From Macrostomum hystrix (lineage: Eukaryota > Animalia > Platyhelminthes): a stretch of 64,000 nt of DNA. This document shows, in pieces, positions 1 through 14,000 of this stretch. The DNA lies in contig CATNEN010000007.1 in NCBI GenBank assembly GCA_950097015.1, forward strand, positions 7,254,001 to 7,318,000. Reading direction: 5' to 3'. The translations under genes were made by a program, and so were the position numbers. Under the pieces are notes generated by a model. That model searched no databases. It saw only the letters and a program-made list of their open reading frames with translations, and was not told the origin of the DNA. How positions within the stretch are numbered: position 1 is the stretch's first letter; each line of letters begins with the position of its first letter.

Positions 1-2154
1 CAAAAAGTTGTGTGAGAAAGAGAGAGATATAAAAAGAGAGAGACGTAGGTAGATATTTTAGAGATACGACTGTGGAGAAGTGCAGAATTTCAGCGCATTT
101 ACATGTCATGTCATGTCATGAGTTGCCCTAAGCTTTGAAGCAGATTGTAGTCTGCTCATGATCTGCTCAAAAATATTCCCCGGCTTGTCCTGGCGGCTCA
201 ATTATCAATTCTTAGCCGAAAATCGTTAATCACGAGGGCTCGTGTAGGGCTTGGGCTGGCTGTGAGTGGAATCGAAGCTTTTAACGCGGCGGCCTTTGCT
301 TTTGGGCTACATTTTCTGCAGCATCAAAGGCATTGTTGGCAAATCGGCGCCGAGCCACTTAATTTCCGAATCCGCATTCTCCTGCCCGCAGCCAGCGCCT
401 GTCGCCAAATCTCATCTGCTCTTAGGAGCTTGGGGAGGCGCTGGGCGCGGGTTGAAAGTTGCGTGTCGACTCTCGCGTTTCCCCCGCCCCCTATCTATTC
501 CGTTGATCGGGGCGTTGCTTCATCAAAGATTCTGCGCCCGGCTGGCTCTCCTCCCTCCTCTTCGCACCAGTGACACTCTCGCTTCATCAAAATTCTTTCC
601 GCCGGAGGACTCTGTGTAGCGAAACTTTGGTCGACTCTCCGGCAAAGAGACGCACAGAGGGCGCTCTGCTCGGAGCTTCGCTACACAAGCGAACCGACCT
701 CCACGCCACCTTCGCTGCTGCCGCTGATGCTGTTGTTAGCATCCTGTGAACTTCTTCCGCTTACCGCGGCGCTCAATGAGCGGCTGGCGCGAATTGCGGG
801 CCCAGATTGCCGGGAGCAGGGCCTGGGGACAAGCGCTGTGGAGGATCGATGCCGAGCTGGCTTGCACCAATCTCATCAGCCTTGGAAGTTGGCTGGCCTG
901 CGTGACTGCAAATGTTATTTTTCTGTGTGAGCCGATACCTCTGGAGTCGGTCTGCCGGGGATTGTCTCGGTCCAAGCAATGGCCTAGCACCAGCCTCCTT
1001 CAATCCTTCATCGTGAAACTCCATCCCAGGCTCTCAGCTGAGCTGGATGGGGCGGCGGTGCTACGGCGATGGCTGGAGGTGGAGAAGATTGAAGAATAGA
1101 AGGACAGGCTTTGAGGCGCTGCCAGAAGAATAGGAAAGGGCAGAAAAAAGTCTATTGAGGCGGCATCAGGGGCTGAGGGAAGGACTGCAGGCGGGGCCGA
1201 AGATGAGGGCACGAGTGGAGGGGAAAAGTTTCCCAGCTTCTATCATCTTTTTCTCTATTGCTCCGCGCTGCTTCTCCCATCTCCCTCTCTTTCTCATCAG
1301 GTTTTTTCCAGGAACTACAACAGACCGATCTAGACAGTGAGCGAGCCTCCTTGCAATTGGCCTTCCCAATGCTCTCACTGTCTCAGCGAGCGCATCTTGC
1401 TTAGCCTCCAATTGGCCCGACGGTTTGTAGGGCCTCGGATGGGGAGGACAGTGACGGCTGGCGTGTATTGAGGGATTGGGAAAGGAGGGCTGGAGATGGG
1501 ACGATGTGAGCATGAGCAGGCAGCGGCAGCAGCAGCAGCAGCGGATGCGAGGGAATGATGGAGAGAAGACCGTGGCAGGCGATGGGGGAGGAGACGCAGA
1601 GTTGGAGAAGGATCCCATCTATTCTAGCCGCCCCTTTCTCTCCACTCGCCCTCCCCTCTCCCCTTATAGATAGATCTGACCCGCTGAGAGGGAAAACTGC
1701 GCGAGAGGTTTAGTAGGCAGCGATCGAGCGATATCATAGTGCCCGCCTGTGGCTGCCGCCCCACCAGCTCTCCCCAGAGGCGAGTCTGCCAGTTATCCCT
1801 ACTTCTCCTCCTCATCCGCTTCTGTCCTCACTTCCCACTTTTATTCCCCCCTCTTTCCGGCGTAATCCCTCCCTCTTCGCGTTATCCTCAAAAGCGTCGT
1901 TCTCTGTTCCGTGACCGACCGTGTATATAAAAGATTTTCTGTCTGTGTTTGGCTGCTCAGATTTGAAGGCTTTGGTCGAGTTCCGCTTGGCCGCTGTGTT
2001 ACAGTCAAAGGTGAGCTTGGATTCACTTTTTTTCAGCTGAATCAAACGAACCGGGACTCAACCAGGGTCATCGAAACTATATTTTTTATAAAGGCGTGAT
2101 CGAAATTGAGCACGCTGCCCACTTGCCATTTGATGACCATCCAATATCAATATC

Positions 2155-2368
2155 ACTGACCAATCTACACTGACCAATCTACACGCACTGACCAATCTAC
2201 ACACACTGACCCATCTACACTGACCCATCTACACTGACCCATCTACACTGACCCATCTACACTGACCCATCTACACTGACCCATCTACACTGACCCATCT
2301 ACACTGACCCATCTACACTGACCCATCTACACTGACCCATCTACACTGACCCATCTACACTGACCCAT
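2155..2368. repeat. Minisatellite, 14-nt unit TGACCCATCTACAC
   Basis: About 15 tandem copies read directly. Confidence 0.95.
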
Positions 2369-5126
2369 CCCCGAGACTCATCTATTGGCAGCAAGAATAG
2401 TGATGGTCGAAGTGATGGTTACAGCCGTGAGTCATTCTTCCCAACTCATGTGAAGGGAAGAAGCAATCGCATACTATTATAAGACATGGCTTCAAGCTTG
2501 TAAGTGCCAGTCAGCCCGCCCGGAAAAGGGGTGAACGCGAGGAAATGCGACCCCGCTCAGATATCTGACGCCCGGGCAGGATGGTGCGATTCGATTCGAT
2601 TTCGATCCATTTCTGTCTTTTTGAATGGGGCCTAAATGCCTTGCACCTGTGCTCTGCTATTCTGCATCTGAGATGGGCCAGTTCTCAAATGCCATTGCTT
2701 GCTCGATTGCCGAATCCGAATGGGTGTGTTGGGATTCCAGACTAGGGCAGACAGGGTAACGAGCGAGGTGTATGGTTTCCGAAATCTCCCACTTTTTCTA
2801 CCCCCACCCGGCCAAGAATTTCCCTTTGAAAACGAAACGGCCGTTGGAGTCCCTGCTGCCCGAGCGGCTCTCAGGTTGCCCATCTCTCTCTGTCTCCCAG
2901 CCTCTGCACCACATTCAATTCCATTTTCACTGGGAAATTATTGAATGAATGAATGAGCGGGTGAATGACGCGAATGGCTCGCTTGGCCTATTTTTAGTGG
3001 GCTTGACGATGAATTCGGGGCCTTGGCTGGCGGTACTTGCTCGCTTGAGCATGTGTGTGAGCAGGGGGATCTCATGAAATATACATCTCAGTCTGTGGCG
3101 CTCCAATCCCTTCCCCGGTCCAAACCGCCCGGCGGCGCTGCTGGATATCGCGGCATGCGCTGGGAGACGCCTGAGCACACTGCTCAAGCCAGACTGACTC
3201 TCCGCAGCCCAGCCTCCTTCTGGAGGTATTTAATTACAGAATTAAGTCTGGCGGGCCGGGCTCTGCCTGCAGGGAAGCGGTGACCCTCTCTAGCCCGGGG
3301 TTAAACATGTCTCTAAAGCTGCTCTCAAATTTCTCTCTAGTCAGCCATTTTTACACCAAGCTCAGGCTAGCCGAAAAGTGCCACCCAGCCGTGAAGAACC
3401 CGAAGGGACGGGGGATTTGAGCTGCTCCAGTTTCAGCCTAATTTTTATTGGCCGCAAAGGAAGGAAGGTCGAAGGCGGAGAAAGCGTGTTTACAATTCCT
3501 GCAGTTGCTAAAGGAACTAATTACTGTTCGGACTATTTCAATTTGTTGGCGCGCCAGCGATGAACGTCTCGTTAGCCTCTCCCGCCTCCTACCAACCGCT
3601 GTCCGCTGTCTGTTACCATTCAAGGCCATTGAGAAATCAAGAGGGGATATTTCGAGATCCTTTAGTCGCTATCCCCACTCTCTTAACTCTCCCAATCTTC
3701 TCCGAGTCGGACTCTGAAGTGACTGCCAGTTACCTCCACAGATATATTAATGGTAGTAGTAATAAGTAATAATAATCATAATAAACGAATCTGGAAATCA
3801 ATGCGGCCATGGCGGGGCCGACTCACAGAGAGAGAGAGGGGAGAAGGGAAAAAGTGAAAAACGTTTTTTTACCGCGGTAGTTGGGGATTGTGTCTGGAAG
3901 GGACAGGGCTATTGGGGCGTCTCACCCACCCAGTGTTTATCTGTGGAGTGTCGCTAAGGTTTATGCCTGACGTATTTTTTATGAGGCTCAGCTTAGTCAC
4001 GGCTACGGCCCATGCAGTGTCGGCATGCAGTATTGGCCGCGAGTCCTTCCTCGTCGACTCCGAGACCAGCCTACTTCATTTTCAGTGCCACAGTTAATCG
4101 ACCTTAATTAAGTGAAGTGACTGCTAAAGTGCAAATTATGACATTGGCTAATAAGTTGACAAGGACAAGGCGCTAGAAAGTGAAAATGATTCTAGTTCCA
4201 AATTCTAAATTCCACAGGCTTTTTTTCTTTCCGCCTTTGCTGTACTTTTTTTAGATTAAAAAAAGTCATTTGATTTCGGCATCCTAAATCACTAATCAAT
4301 GGGGTCTGAGCGGTGAATTCCCACGGGGGGACCTACAAGTCGGCCTTCCTAACCTGCAGCTTCTGGCTATGCAAATGCGGCTGGCCACCCACCCTCCTCT
4401 GTTTGTGCGGTTCTTAGACAGAAAAAATTCAGTTGAGCCAGATTGGCATAATGAGGGCAAGGAGGGACAGCTCGCTTTCCATCTGAGAACCCCGCCGCCC
4501 ACTGGCTTAAAGAGGGGATATGGGATATTTTTTCTGAAATTCCGTTTATATTTGCATTTCCGATGGGCCAGAGCCAGGGAGGCGGAGTTGGTCGTGTTTT
4601 TTGCAAGTTCGCTGTTCAAACATCCCGCGTCTCAGGCACTGCAGTAGACTAATAAAACCCCCTCTCTCTCCGAAGAGTTCAGTTTGGTGTTGGCAGCTTT
4701 TTTAGCCATATTTGGCTGCTCCACTCACAGTCCGAATTGATGCGGATTTGAAGGACAGACAGCTGAACAATTTGCCATATCCTTTCGCAATGAGTCGCTG
4801 CCTGCATTGTCTTGAAGCTGCTCAACCGCCGCAGCCGTCAACCTGATCCCCCCAACCGAGCCCTACTAGCCACAGGCAGTAGTTGCCAGTCCAATGGTAA
4901 TAGTTTGCTTAGACAATTGTTAATTATTCAGCAGTGTATCGCCGCTGCCGCCTGCCACCACAGCTGGAGTCCACCCACCCGCGTGTCATTCCCGCCCCCT
5001 GCGAAATGCATTATGCTCCATTCTAGGGGTCATTAGCGGCCGTGTTTTGGACTGCGTCTCCTCCATCCGCCTCCCTTCCCGACCCCAGATTAGACAAGTC
5101 CACTGTGAACTCTGGGCTGTGTCTGC

Positions 5127-5475
5127 CTGTCTGTCCCGAGTGACTGTCTGTCCCGAGTGACTGTCTGTCCCGAGTGACTGTCTGTCCCGAGTGACTGTCT
5201 GTCCCGAGTGACTGTCTGTCCCCAGTGACTCTCTGTCCCGAGTGACTGTCTGTCCCGAGTGACTCTCTGTCCCGAGTAACTGTTTGTCCCGAGTGACTCT
5301 CTGTCCCGAGTGACTGTCTGTCCCGAGTGACTGTCCGTCCCGAGTGACTGTCTGTCCCGAGTGACTGTCTGTCTCGAGTGGCTGTCTGTCCCGAGTGACT
5401 GTCTGTCCCGAGTGACTGTCCGTCCCGAGTGACTGTCTGTCCCGAGTGACTGTCTGTCTCGAGTGGCTGTCTGTC
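5127..5475. repeat. Minisatellite, 17-nt unit TGTCTGTCCCGAGTGAC
   Basis: About 20 copies; source of the spurious ORFs 4986-5516 and 5090-5506. Confidence 0.95.
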
Positions 5476-8056
5476 TGCCTGTCCGTCTGTGTCCGTCCGT
5501 CGCCATGGCCAGTCATTGGTGAATTAAGCGGCTCAGTTCGATTTGCTTCCCGTCTTCCGCGCCCTCCCGCCCGTCCCTTGGAGCCGATTTCTCAGAATTT
5601 CTCTTTAGAACGGAATGCGCAAACGGCCACAGGGCGTGGGGGGACGCTGCCAAGGCCCTCTGCCGACTGCCTCCAGAATTGGAGCGGAAAATTGAATTTG
5701 CAATTTCAGTTGAAGTCTTCCCCCGGCTGGCTAACAGAAAGAAATATGACAAAAGCGGCGCTGATGAGTTTCGCGCCGAAATCTTTTCTCCTTTTGCTCC
5801 TCCCAGCCTTGCTCAGTTCTGCATTTTCTATCGGCCTCTCTTAGTCCAGTTGTGAGTGGGGATTTTTTGACACATTGCCTCCCTCCTCCTTGCTCATTAA
5901 TCTTGGCGCAGTCCCGCCTTGTGAAGCAGGTCTCAGATGGTCATTGCTTCATTGCAGTAAGTGTTTGGCTTCAAACTAGTCGACCAAGAAGCTATGAAAT
6001 CCCTCAGCCAGAACTATTGAAGTTCCAGGCCCTTGGAGGCACGGCTGTCCCCCGTGTTCAAGTTCGTGTTCTTGTTGCATTTCTCCTCCTTGCCCCCTCC
6101 GCTGCTGGTTGCTCGCACGCATGGCCTTGCTTTGTTGCTGCCTTCTTTTTGTTTTCCCTGCCTTCACTTCCCCCGTAGCCTGCCGGGAAAAGTTCAGCCA
6201 GGCGCCCCTGAGTGGGAAAGTAAAAATGAAAGGGTTGCGAGAAAGCCGCGAGTCGATTGCGCCTGTGCTCAGCTGTGGTACATCTTGGGATCGGGGAGGG
6301 CCTTATTTTCCTCTTGTTTTATCCTAACTATCTAAATAAAAGGTGAGTCTGGCCAGGTGTGAATTCCCAAAGCCTGCAGTACTGTTCTGGGCACAGGACC
6401 CATGCTTTTCAATGTATCTAGACTACTTGCTAATCAAGAAATTCGTTACAATAAAATAGCTTCACAAATAATTTCCATCACTTCGTCTATGCGGATTACA
6501 TAAATTGGTACATAATCTGACGTATGGAAGATTTTCTGTTAATTTTGAGGCTGCAAATGCTGGAGTGCTACTTTGATATCATGCCTATGTTTGGCAGCTC
6601 GCTGCATTCTTGTAGCGATTCATTTGCTGCATTGAGGAAGGCATGGAATGCATTAATTAAGCGCACCGTGGCATTTAATGGCAATTGAAGGTGGAATTTG
6701 TAAGCGGCTGGTACTGGCGCTAGCTAACGTCCCGCTTTACTTACAATTATTTCACAACATATCTTCTAAGGCGATGCAGACACCATTGCACTCTTGGAGC
6801 TAATAAATTATAGCTAAGAAATGCTCGGACAGTTTACCTCTGCCACACTCTAAGGCCCTCCTGCTTAAAGTGCTGGCTGGCTGATGCCTGAGCAAGGAAA
6901 GGGCATGGGACCAGCAAAATCACCCCCAACAAGCACGGCTTCAAGCAGCTCAGCCAGATTTTCCTGCAGAAATCTCTTTTGCTTTCTCTCTCCTTTCCCT
7001 CTCTCTCACTCTGGTCTTGAAGCAGCCGGCCACAGCCAGCCTGACAATATGCTCCACCTTTCTCTATGGCTCTCCGTGTAAGTGGCGGGTAGAGGGTGTG
7101 GGGCTAGAGTGAGGAAGCACACCCGGCTGGTAGCGCATTCAGTACTGCGCGCATTATATTCCAGAGTTAATAATGCTTGGCCGGGGGGGGCGAGCACTGT
7201 AGGTGTTTTGGGGTTGCTGTGCAGGGATCAGCACTCCAGCCAACCTCCGCCTGCCACTGCGCCCCTCCCCCCCCACACCGCACCCCAGACCCCTAAATGC
7301 GTTTTTAGCAAGTCGCGCCTCGCCCGGACCTGAATTGAATTCTCGGCGTGTTTTTTAGAAAAAGAATACACTTTATCCTTTAACTGTAGACTTGACGTGC
7401 GCCAAGCCCCGCCATCCACCGTCTTCAGTTGAGCCTGTCAGTCTGTCCACAAGGTATTTCTTGCTCATCCGGCCACTTTTTTTCTTGCTCCCGGGTCTCT
7501 GTCCCTGTATCTCCTGACTGAGCATTGCTCAGCGTATGGATTTTCATAATGCCTAATAATTGCCGGCTGAGAAATCCCATGCTGCTGCAGCTGGAGGGAT
7601 TTAAAGCGAATCAGGGAATGCTGGGCAGGATCGAGTGAGCAGAGATCGAACAGCGCAGCGATGGCACGCTTGGGATTTTCGGCTTGGTTTTGGGGGAGCG
7701 AAGCGGGATCTGGGCTAGATTAGCTTCTACTATTGCCGAGGGGAGTTAGCGGAGCGGGGATATTTGGGCTGATGCAGAAACGGAATTGTTGAGAGCAAGA
7801 AGGAGACTCAGAGTGCAGCTGCGCAGGGGACGCAAAGTAATCGACATTGGATCCCCGGCGGCTGGCCGGTTGCCTTTTTGCGCACTTTGACTACTAAAAC
7901 TTTCCCAGCCAGCATTTCCTCAGGTCCTCCAATTCGCTCATTTCCCGCATTGCAGCTTCAGCCCTCGGAGGCTGTCGAGTCATGTGAGAAGCGGCGACAG
8001 CCTCTTCAACCCTGTCCGACTCGCAAACAAATCTTTCTAGCACAACCAGCCAGATC

Positions 8057-11000
8057 ATGAGCAAGCGCGGCTCAACCAAGCTGCCCCCAGCAACCGTTGC
8101 CAAGGGTGGCAACAACAACTCCGGGGCGGTTGCTACTTCGTCATCTTCTTCGTCAGCGGCGGCTAACTGCAGCAGAAGCCAGTCAGCCAGCAGAAATCGG
8201 GTAAGGACATTTTTTCAATATTTTTTGGGTTTTCTTCCGTCCCTTTCTCGGCCTCCTTCACCTCCGCCTCTTGTGGTATAAAGTTCATAATTTAAGGTCC
8301 GCTTTCGACTAATAGGGCATGGCACAAAAACTCTGCTCATAATTTATGTGTATCAAAGATTGGCTGCCAGTGGCTGCATAGGGTAAAAAATGTACAATTT
8401 ATTAAGTCAAGTGCCATGGACTCATATATGTAGCATCTGCGAAGGTAGGTATAGACTAGTAGGGAGAGATGTAGGGAAAGTGTCAGGGAGAGATGTAGGG
8501 AAAGTGTCAGGGAGAGATTTAGGGAAAGTGTCAGGGAGAGATTTAGGGAAAGTGTCAGGGAGAGATGTAGGGAAAGTGTCAGGGAGAGATGTAGGGAAAG
8601 TTTCAGGGAGAGATGTAGGGAAAGTGTCAGGGAGAGATGTAGGGAAGTGTCAGGGAGAGATGTAGGGAAAGTGTCAGGGAGAGATGTAGGGAAAGTGTCA
8701 GGGAGAGATGTAGGGAAAGTGTCAGGGAGAGATGTAGGGAAGTGTCAGGGAGAGATGTAGGGAAAGTTTCAGGTAGAGATGTATTCAATAGGTATTCAAT
8801 AGGTATAGACTAGCGATTTTAGCTCCCCTTCGGGAGCACAGGCAGAAATTAGGGATCTAACTATTCTCCATACTCACTTCAGGAACCAAGGGCTCATCAT
8901 GGAAATATGGGTAAATTTCTGGTTCAGTTTTTAGTTGTACAGTTTCTTCGACTTTTATAGTCAAGCTTCTTTTTTCAGCCGGTTCTGTCCGGCTTCTGTT
9001 CAGTTCGGACCTTTGTTCCTATTTTAGCTTCTCTCCTTTGATTCCGCTGCCCTGCAGCTGCACCAAAAGGCAAAAGAGCCTCCCGACTTTCTCTTTGCTG
9101 GAAACCAAATGCATTTCTGGCGGGACTAAATATAGAACACAAGCAGAAGACTGCCTTGCTGCTTCTGTTGCTGCTGGTGCAACAGGCTGGCGTGACGGGT
9201 TTGTGGAGGCTCATTGTTGCCATGCAATGTTAGCCTATAATATTTTTCAATTAATCTGAGGCAGCGATCGGGTGAGAAGTAGGGAAGGGAGGTAGGGTGG
9301 GGGAGCCGGTTGCAGTGGGTGGGGCGCTATGCAAGGTGACTGTTAAGTGTATATTTTCGCTGTGCGAATCGATACAATATTTTGAGCAGCCGTTAAGCCG
9401 CTGGGGGATTTTTGGTTGCTTCGTTTCGGCTTCTATTTTTATCACCAGGCCGCTAAAATGAGGCGAAATGTGTTGTTTAGCAGCTGCAGCTGGCGTCATT
9501 GCCAACAGTCGGGACCGTGCCGGCTGCGGATCTAGGCACCGCTGCCGCATTCCTGTGAATATAATACACAGGAAATAATACATATATTCTCTTATTGATT
9601 CTTTATTGACTGAGCTATTTTTAGTAAAAATACTCAGCCAGTGCGCCCTTAAGTGTTCATTTACTGGATCTTGACTGCTTGAATGAGAATTTTTTAACGA
9701 AATAGGAAATCGATTGAAAAATTGTTCTTTCTAGAGTCAGCTGAGTACTTTCGCGTATTTGGAAAGCACATGTAATGTACAGTTTATGAATACTTCCATG
9801 TACTCCAATTACTTTTTGAACACCAATAGTTTGACAGATAGGGACTGCAGTTTGACAGATAAGGACTGCAGTTTGACAGATAAGGACTGCAGTGTGGCAG
9901 ATAAGGACTGCAGTGTGACAGATAAGGACTGCAGTGTGATAGATAAGGACTGCAGTGTGGCAGATAAGGACTGCAGTGTGGCAGATAAGGACTGCAGTGT
10001 GGCAGATAAGGACTGCAGTGTGGCAGATAAGGACTGCAGTGTGGCAGATAAGGACTGCAGTGTGGCAGATAAGGACTGCAGTGTGGCAGATAAGGACTGC
10101 AGTTTGACAGATAAGGACTGCAGTTTGACAGATAAGGACTGCAGTGTGGCAGATAAGGACTGCAGTGTGATAGATAAGGACTGCAGTGTGGCAGATAAGG
10201 ACTGCAGTGTGGCAGATAAGGACTGCAGTGTGATAGATAAGGACTGCAGTGTGGCAGATAAGGACTGCAGTGTGGCAGATAAGGACTGCAGTGTGACAGA
10301 TAAGGACTGCAGTGTGACAGGCTTATGGAGCATCAGGTAGGCAGTGTGACAGGCTTATGGAGCATCAGTTAGGCAGTGTGACAGGCTTATGGAGCATCAG
10401 GTAGGCAGTGTGACAGGCTTATGGAGCATCAGGTAGGCAGTGTGACAGGCTTATGGAGCATCAGGTAGGCAGTGTGACAGGCTTATGGAGCATCAGGTAG
10501 GCAGTGTGACAGGCTTATGGAGCATCAGGTAGGCAGTGTGATAGGCTTATGGAGCATCAGGTAGGCAGTGTGACAGGCTTATGGAGCATCAGGTAGGCAG
10601 TTAGGCACTCAAGTTAGTCATTTTTTTAGACTCCGGTTCAGGTGAATATCGGGCCGACTGGCAATGCTGCTGCAAGAATAGCATAGGTTCGGGGCATCAA
10701 AGAGCCAGTTTCTGGGTCTGCTTCTATTAGAAAAATCCCTTGGCCCAATTAGCGCGGCTCTCATTTCTGGCATTCGGTTCGCTAATGAGGTGCGCCTTTT
10801 GCTCCTTGCCGCCAGTCGCTGCTCCGCCTGCCCTAATGACTCCGCGGGCACTCTGGAAAGTGCGGCATGTGCTCAGCATGTGCTCAGACAGCTGGCGATA
10901 ATTCTGTGATGCCGTTGGACGCCGCTGCTGCTGCTGCTGTTGTTGCATTCATTTTATGCATGTCTGGCGCTTTCCCATTTCGACTTTTCCCATTCGGCCG

Positions 11001-14000
11001 TTCCCAAAGTGGTTTTTTTTCTTATGCCGCGCCGAAAAAATTGGACTTTAGTGCGCGAGTTTCCGAGTGTCGGAGAACACGAGCTGTGCGCTGTGGACTA
11101 TGGGAGAGCTGCTGGTATGCGGTTTGGATGCTGCTACTTGCCTAGCTGTCCTACTTAGCATGCCGAGCATTGCTAAATGCCTCCTGCAGCCACCGCCGCC
11201 CACTCGCTCCTTTTATGGCTGTCGCAGCCTCCCCGCCATGCTCTGCGTGTCTGCGGGAAAAGCTAGCTTTTTAATTAAAAAACTGTGATCAACTTTCGGG
11301 TTTGGGATGAAATTTTGGGTTTGTGATGAGCTTTCGGGTTTGTGATCAACATTCGGGTTTGTGATGATATTTCGGGTTTGTGATGATATTTCGGGTTTGT
11401 GATGAACTTTCGGGTTTGTGATGAACTTTCGGGTTTGTGATGAACTTTCGGGTTTGTGATGAACTTTCGGGTTTGTGATGAACTTTCGGGTTTGTGATCA
11501 ACTTTTGGGTTTGTGATGAACTTTCGGATTTGTGATCAACTTTCGGGTTTGGGATCAACATTCGGGTTTGTGATCAACATTCGGGTTTGTGATGATCTTT
11601 CGGGTTTGTGATGAACTTTTGGATTTGTGATCAACATTCGGGTTTGTGATGAGCTTTCGGATTTGTGATAAACTTTCGGTTTGTGATGATCTTTCGGGTT
11701 TGTGATGAACTTTCGGGTTTGTGATGAACTTTCGGGTTTGTGATGATCTTTCGGTTTGTGATGATCTTTCGGGTTTGTGATCAACATTCGGGTTTGTGAT
11801 CAACATTCGGGTTTTTGATGCGTTTTCGGATTCTTTGGTAGCAACTGTCGCTATTGGAATTTAGGGCTGCAGCCCTAATCCTCATTTTCAGTTTTCCCAT
11901 GGGCCATTGTTTCTGATGCAAAGTTGATCTATACACGCGAATCAGATAGTAAAATTCAACTTGACCGTAAACTTTGTACTGACATTGTTCCAAGTGAGCA
12001 AACTCAGCATGCCCACACCTACACAGCCACAGCAGCTCATACTGGTTCTATTGTCAGCCATTGGTCTTTTGACTCTTGTGTGAGCACAGTAGTCTCAACA
12101 ATTTGATCAAGGGAGAACTTGCTCTGATCCTCAGCGTGATCCATCATCAGCCTTGTATAGTCCTGTGTTTGTGTGCCCTGCGCGCCGTGTTAGTTTTTTT
12201 CCAGACAACGGAAGCTGGCTTAGCCTTGGTGGGTAGAGGGACTCAAGGGACTCTGTGGCCATGTTTGACATGCAATATTAATCTGGGACCCATTGCTATC
12301 AGTGGCTTTCACCGCGCACCGCCTCTGCCTGTGTTTTTTGTTCAGTCTCCGAGCTCAGCTGCGTCAGCGAATGGCGGAGCCGGGACCTCCGAGCAGCAGC
12401 TGCCGAGGCAGCAGCAGCCGCGATCCGAAATGGCGGTGAGTACATGAACTTAACATGGCATGCTTGCATTAGACAGCTTATTAAATAGAATTTTCACTGG
12501 TATTTACATTATTAGTATGTCTTTGGGAGAAGCATGACGTTGGCATGAGGAGTGTAATAACATTGCTATGAGGAACTGTATGTAACAAAGGATACATGAA
12601 GTGACAAATGTGTTCGTAAGGCATGGAAATTCTCAACTATTTGCAGAACGGAGACTGTTACTTCTCGCCGCATCAGATGAAAGGTGAGAGAATGTGCGCT
12701 TTGTTTTAACCCTTGCACTTAGCAATTTGTTTGGTTCTTTTCTGTAGTTTTTTTTGCCTAGTCTACTCAGTATTATACGCACTGCTCTGCCTAGTCTACT
12801 CAGTATTATACGCACTTCTCTGCCTAGTCTACTCAGTATTATACGCACTGCTCTGCCTAGTCTACTCAGTATTCTACGCACTGCTCTGCCTAGTCTACTC
12901 AGTATTCTACGCACTGCTCTGCCTAGTCTACTCAGTATTATACGCACTGCTCTGCCTAGTCTACTCAATATTCTACGCACTTCTCTGCCTAGTCTACTCA
13001 ATATTCTACGCACTGCTCTGCCTAGTCTACTCAATATTCTACGCACTACTCTGCCTAATCTACTCGATATTCTACGCACTATTCTTCCTTATCTACTCGA
13101 TATTTTGCACATTATTCTGCCGTCTATTTCGCCACTGCGTTCTCCCTGCCATGCGTGAATAAATGTTCATGCACGCATGTTACTACTGATTTGCCAAGTT
13201 TAGCAGCCGCAGTAGTGCAGTCCGCGCATACTATCACTCGGCCTCGAAGGGCTTCGCTGTGCAATCTAATCTCGCATTGCGGCTCCCCAGAGCCCGTGTT
13301 CCTAGAAAATTGAAATCTCCCCCCACCGAAGATTAAACTTATTTCCATCCCTTAGCTGTCCGGCGCAGATTGTCATAAATCTTTTCTCCTCACTGAGCTC
13401 CTCATTTATCCCATTGGCCCCGTGTTTCTTGTCCCTCCGTCCAGCTCTCATCGCTGATATTGGCTTCATCACCGGCAGGTCCTCCGCTCGCCCCATTTTT
13501 AATCAATGCCGTCTCAGCCAGCTGGCGGGTGGGCGGTCAGGTAATGAACATGACGGCCGTGTCAAGTGCAATGCAAGGTGCTCCAATTGCTCTTTGTCGG
13601 GCCCTGTCAGGAATGGCTGTGGATTTTCCTCCCGATTCGTGCTGTCATTATCGGACTGAAAAATGTCCTCGATTTCGCAGTGTCCGATTGAGTTCAGATT
13701 GAATCCTAAAAAATTATCAGTGCATCGTCTATCTGTGAATAACGAACTTGATAAAGAGAAATTATTCTAGATTTGCCTAAAAGTCGATTCGATTCGATTC
13801 TCCATATCGCCCTTCGCACTTCGCACCGTCTGTTCTGAATCTGATTGCAAAAAATCTGTTTACATGGCCTCACCCTCCTAGGGCCATCGATGCCTTGAGC
13901 TGGGCACATTTAGTCTCAGGCCAGGCGAGATGGAAAGGCCCATTTCGCCCCCCATCTCGCTTCCCTCCTCGCCTCACACCGGCGCTGCGCCTTTGAAATT

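Noticed and set aside
262-8000. Numerous short ORFs and scattered donor-like sites (e.g. 2011, 6343)
   Set aside because: No recognisable protein motif and no consistent exon chain. Probably regulatory or UTR sequence, which cannot be resolved without transcripts.
9759-10340. DKDCSVA repeat protein resembling an antifreeze or metal-binding protein
   Set aside because: It is a 21-nt minisatellite with no synonymous variation, the antisense frame is equally open, and it is intronic.
12633-13162. Amphipathic or hydrophobic repeat ORFs
   Set aside because: They come from a 33-nt minisatellite open in several frames.
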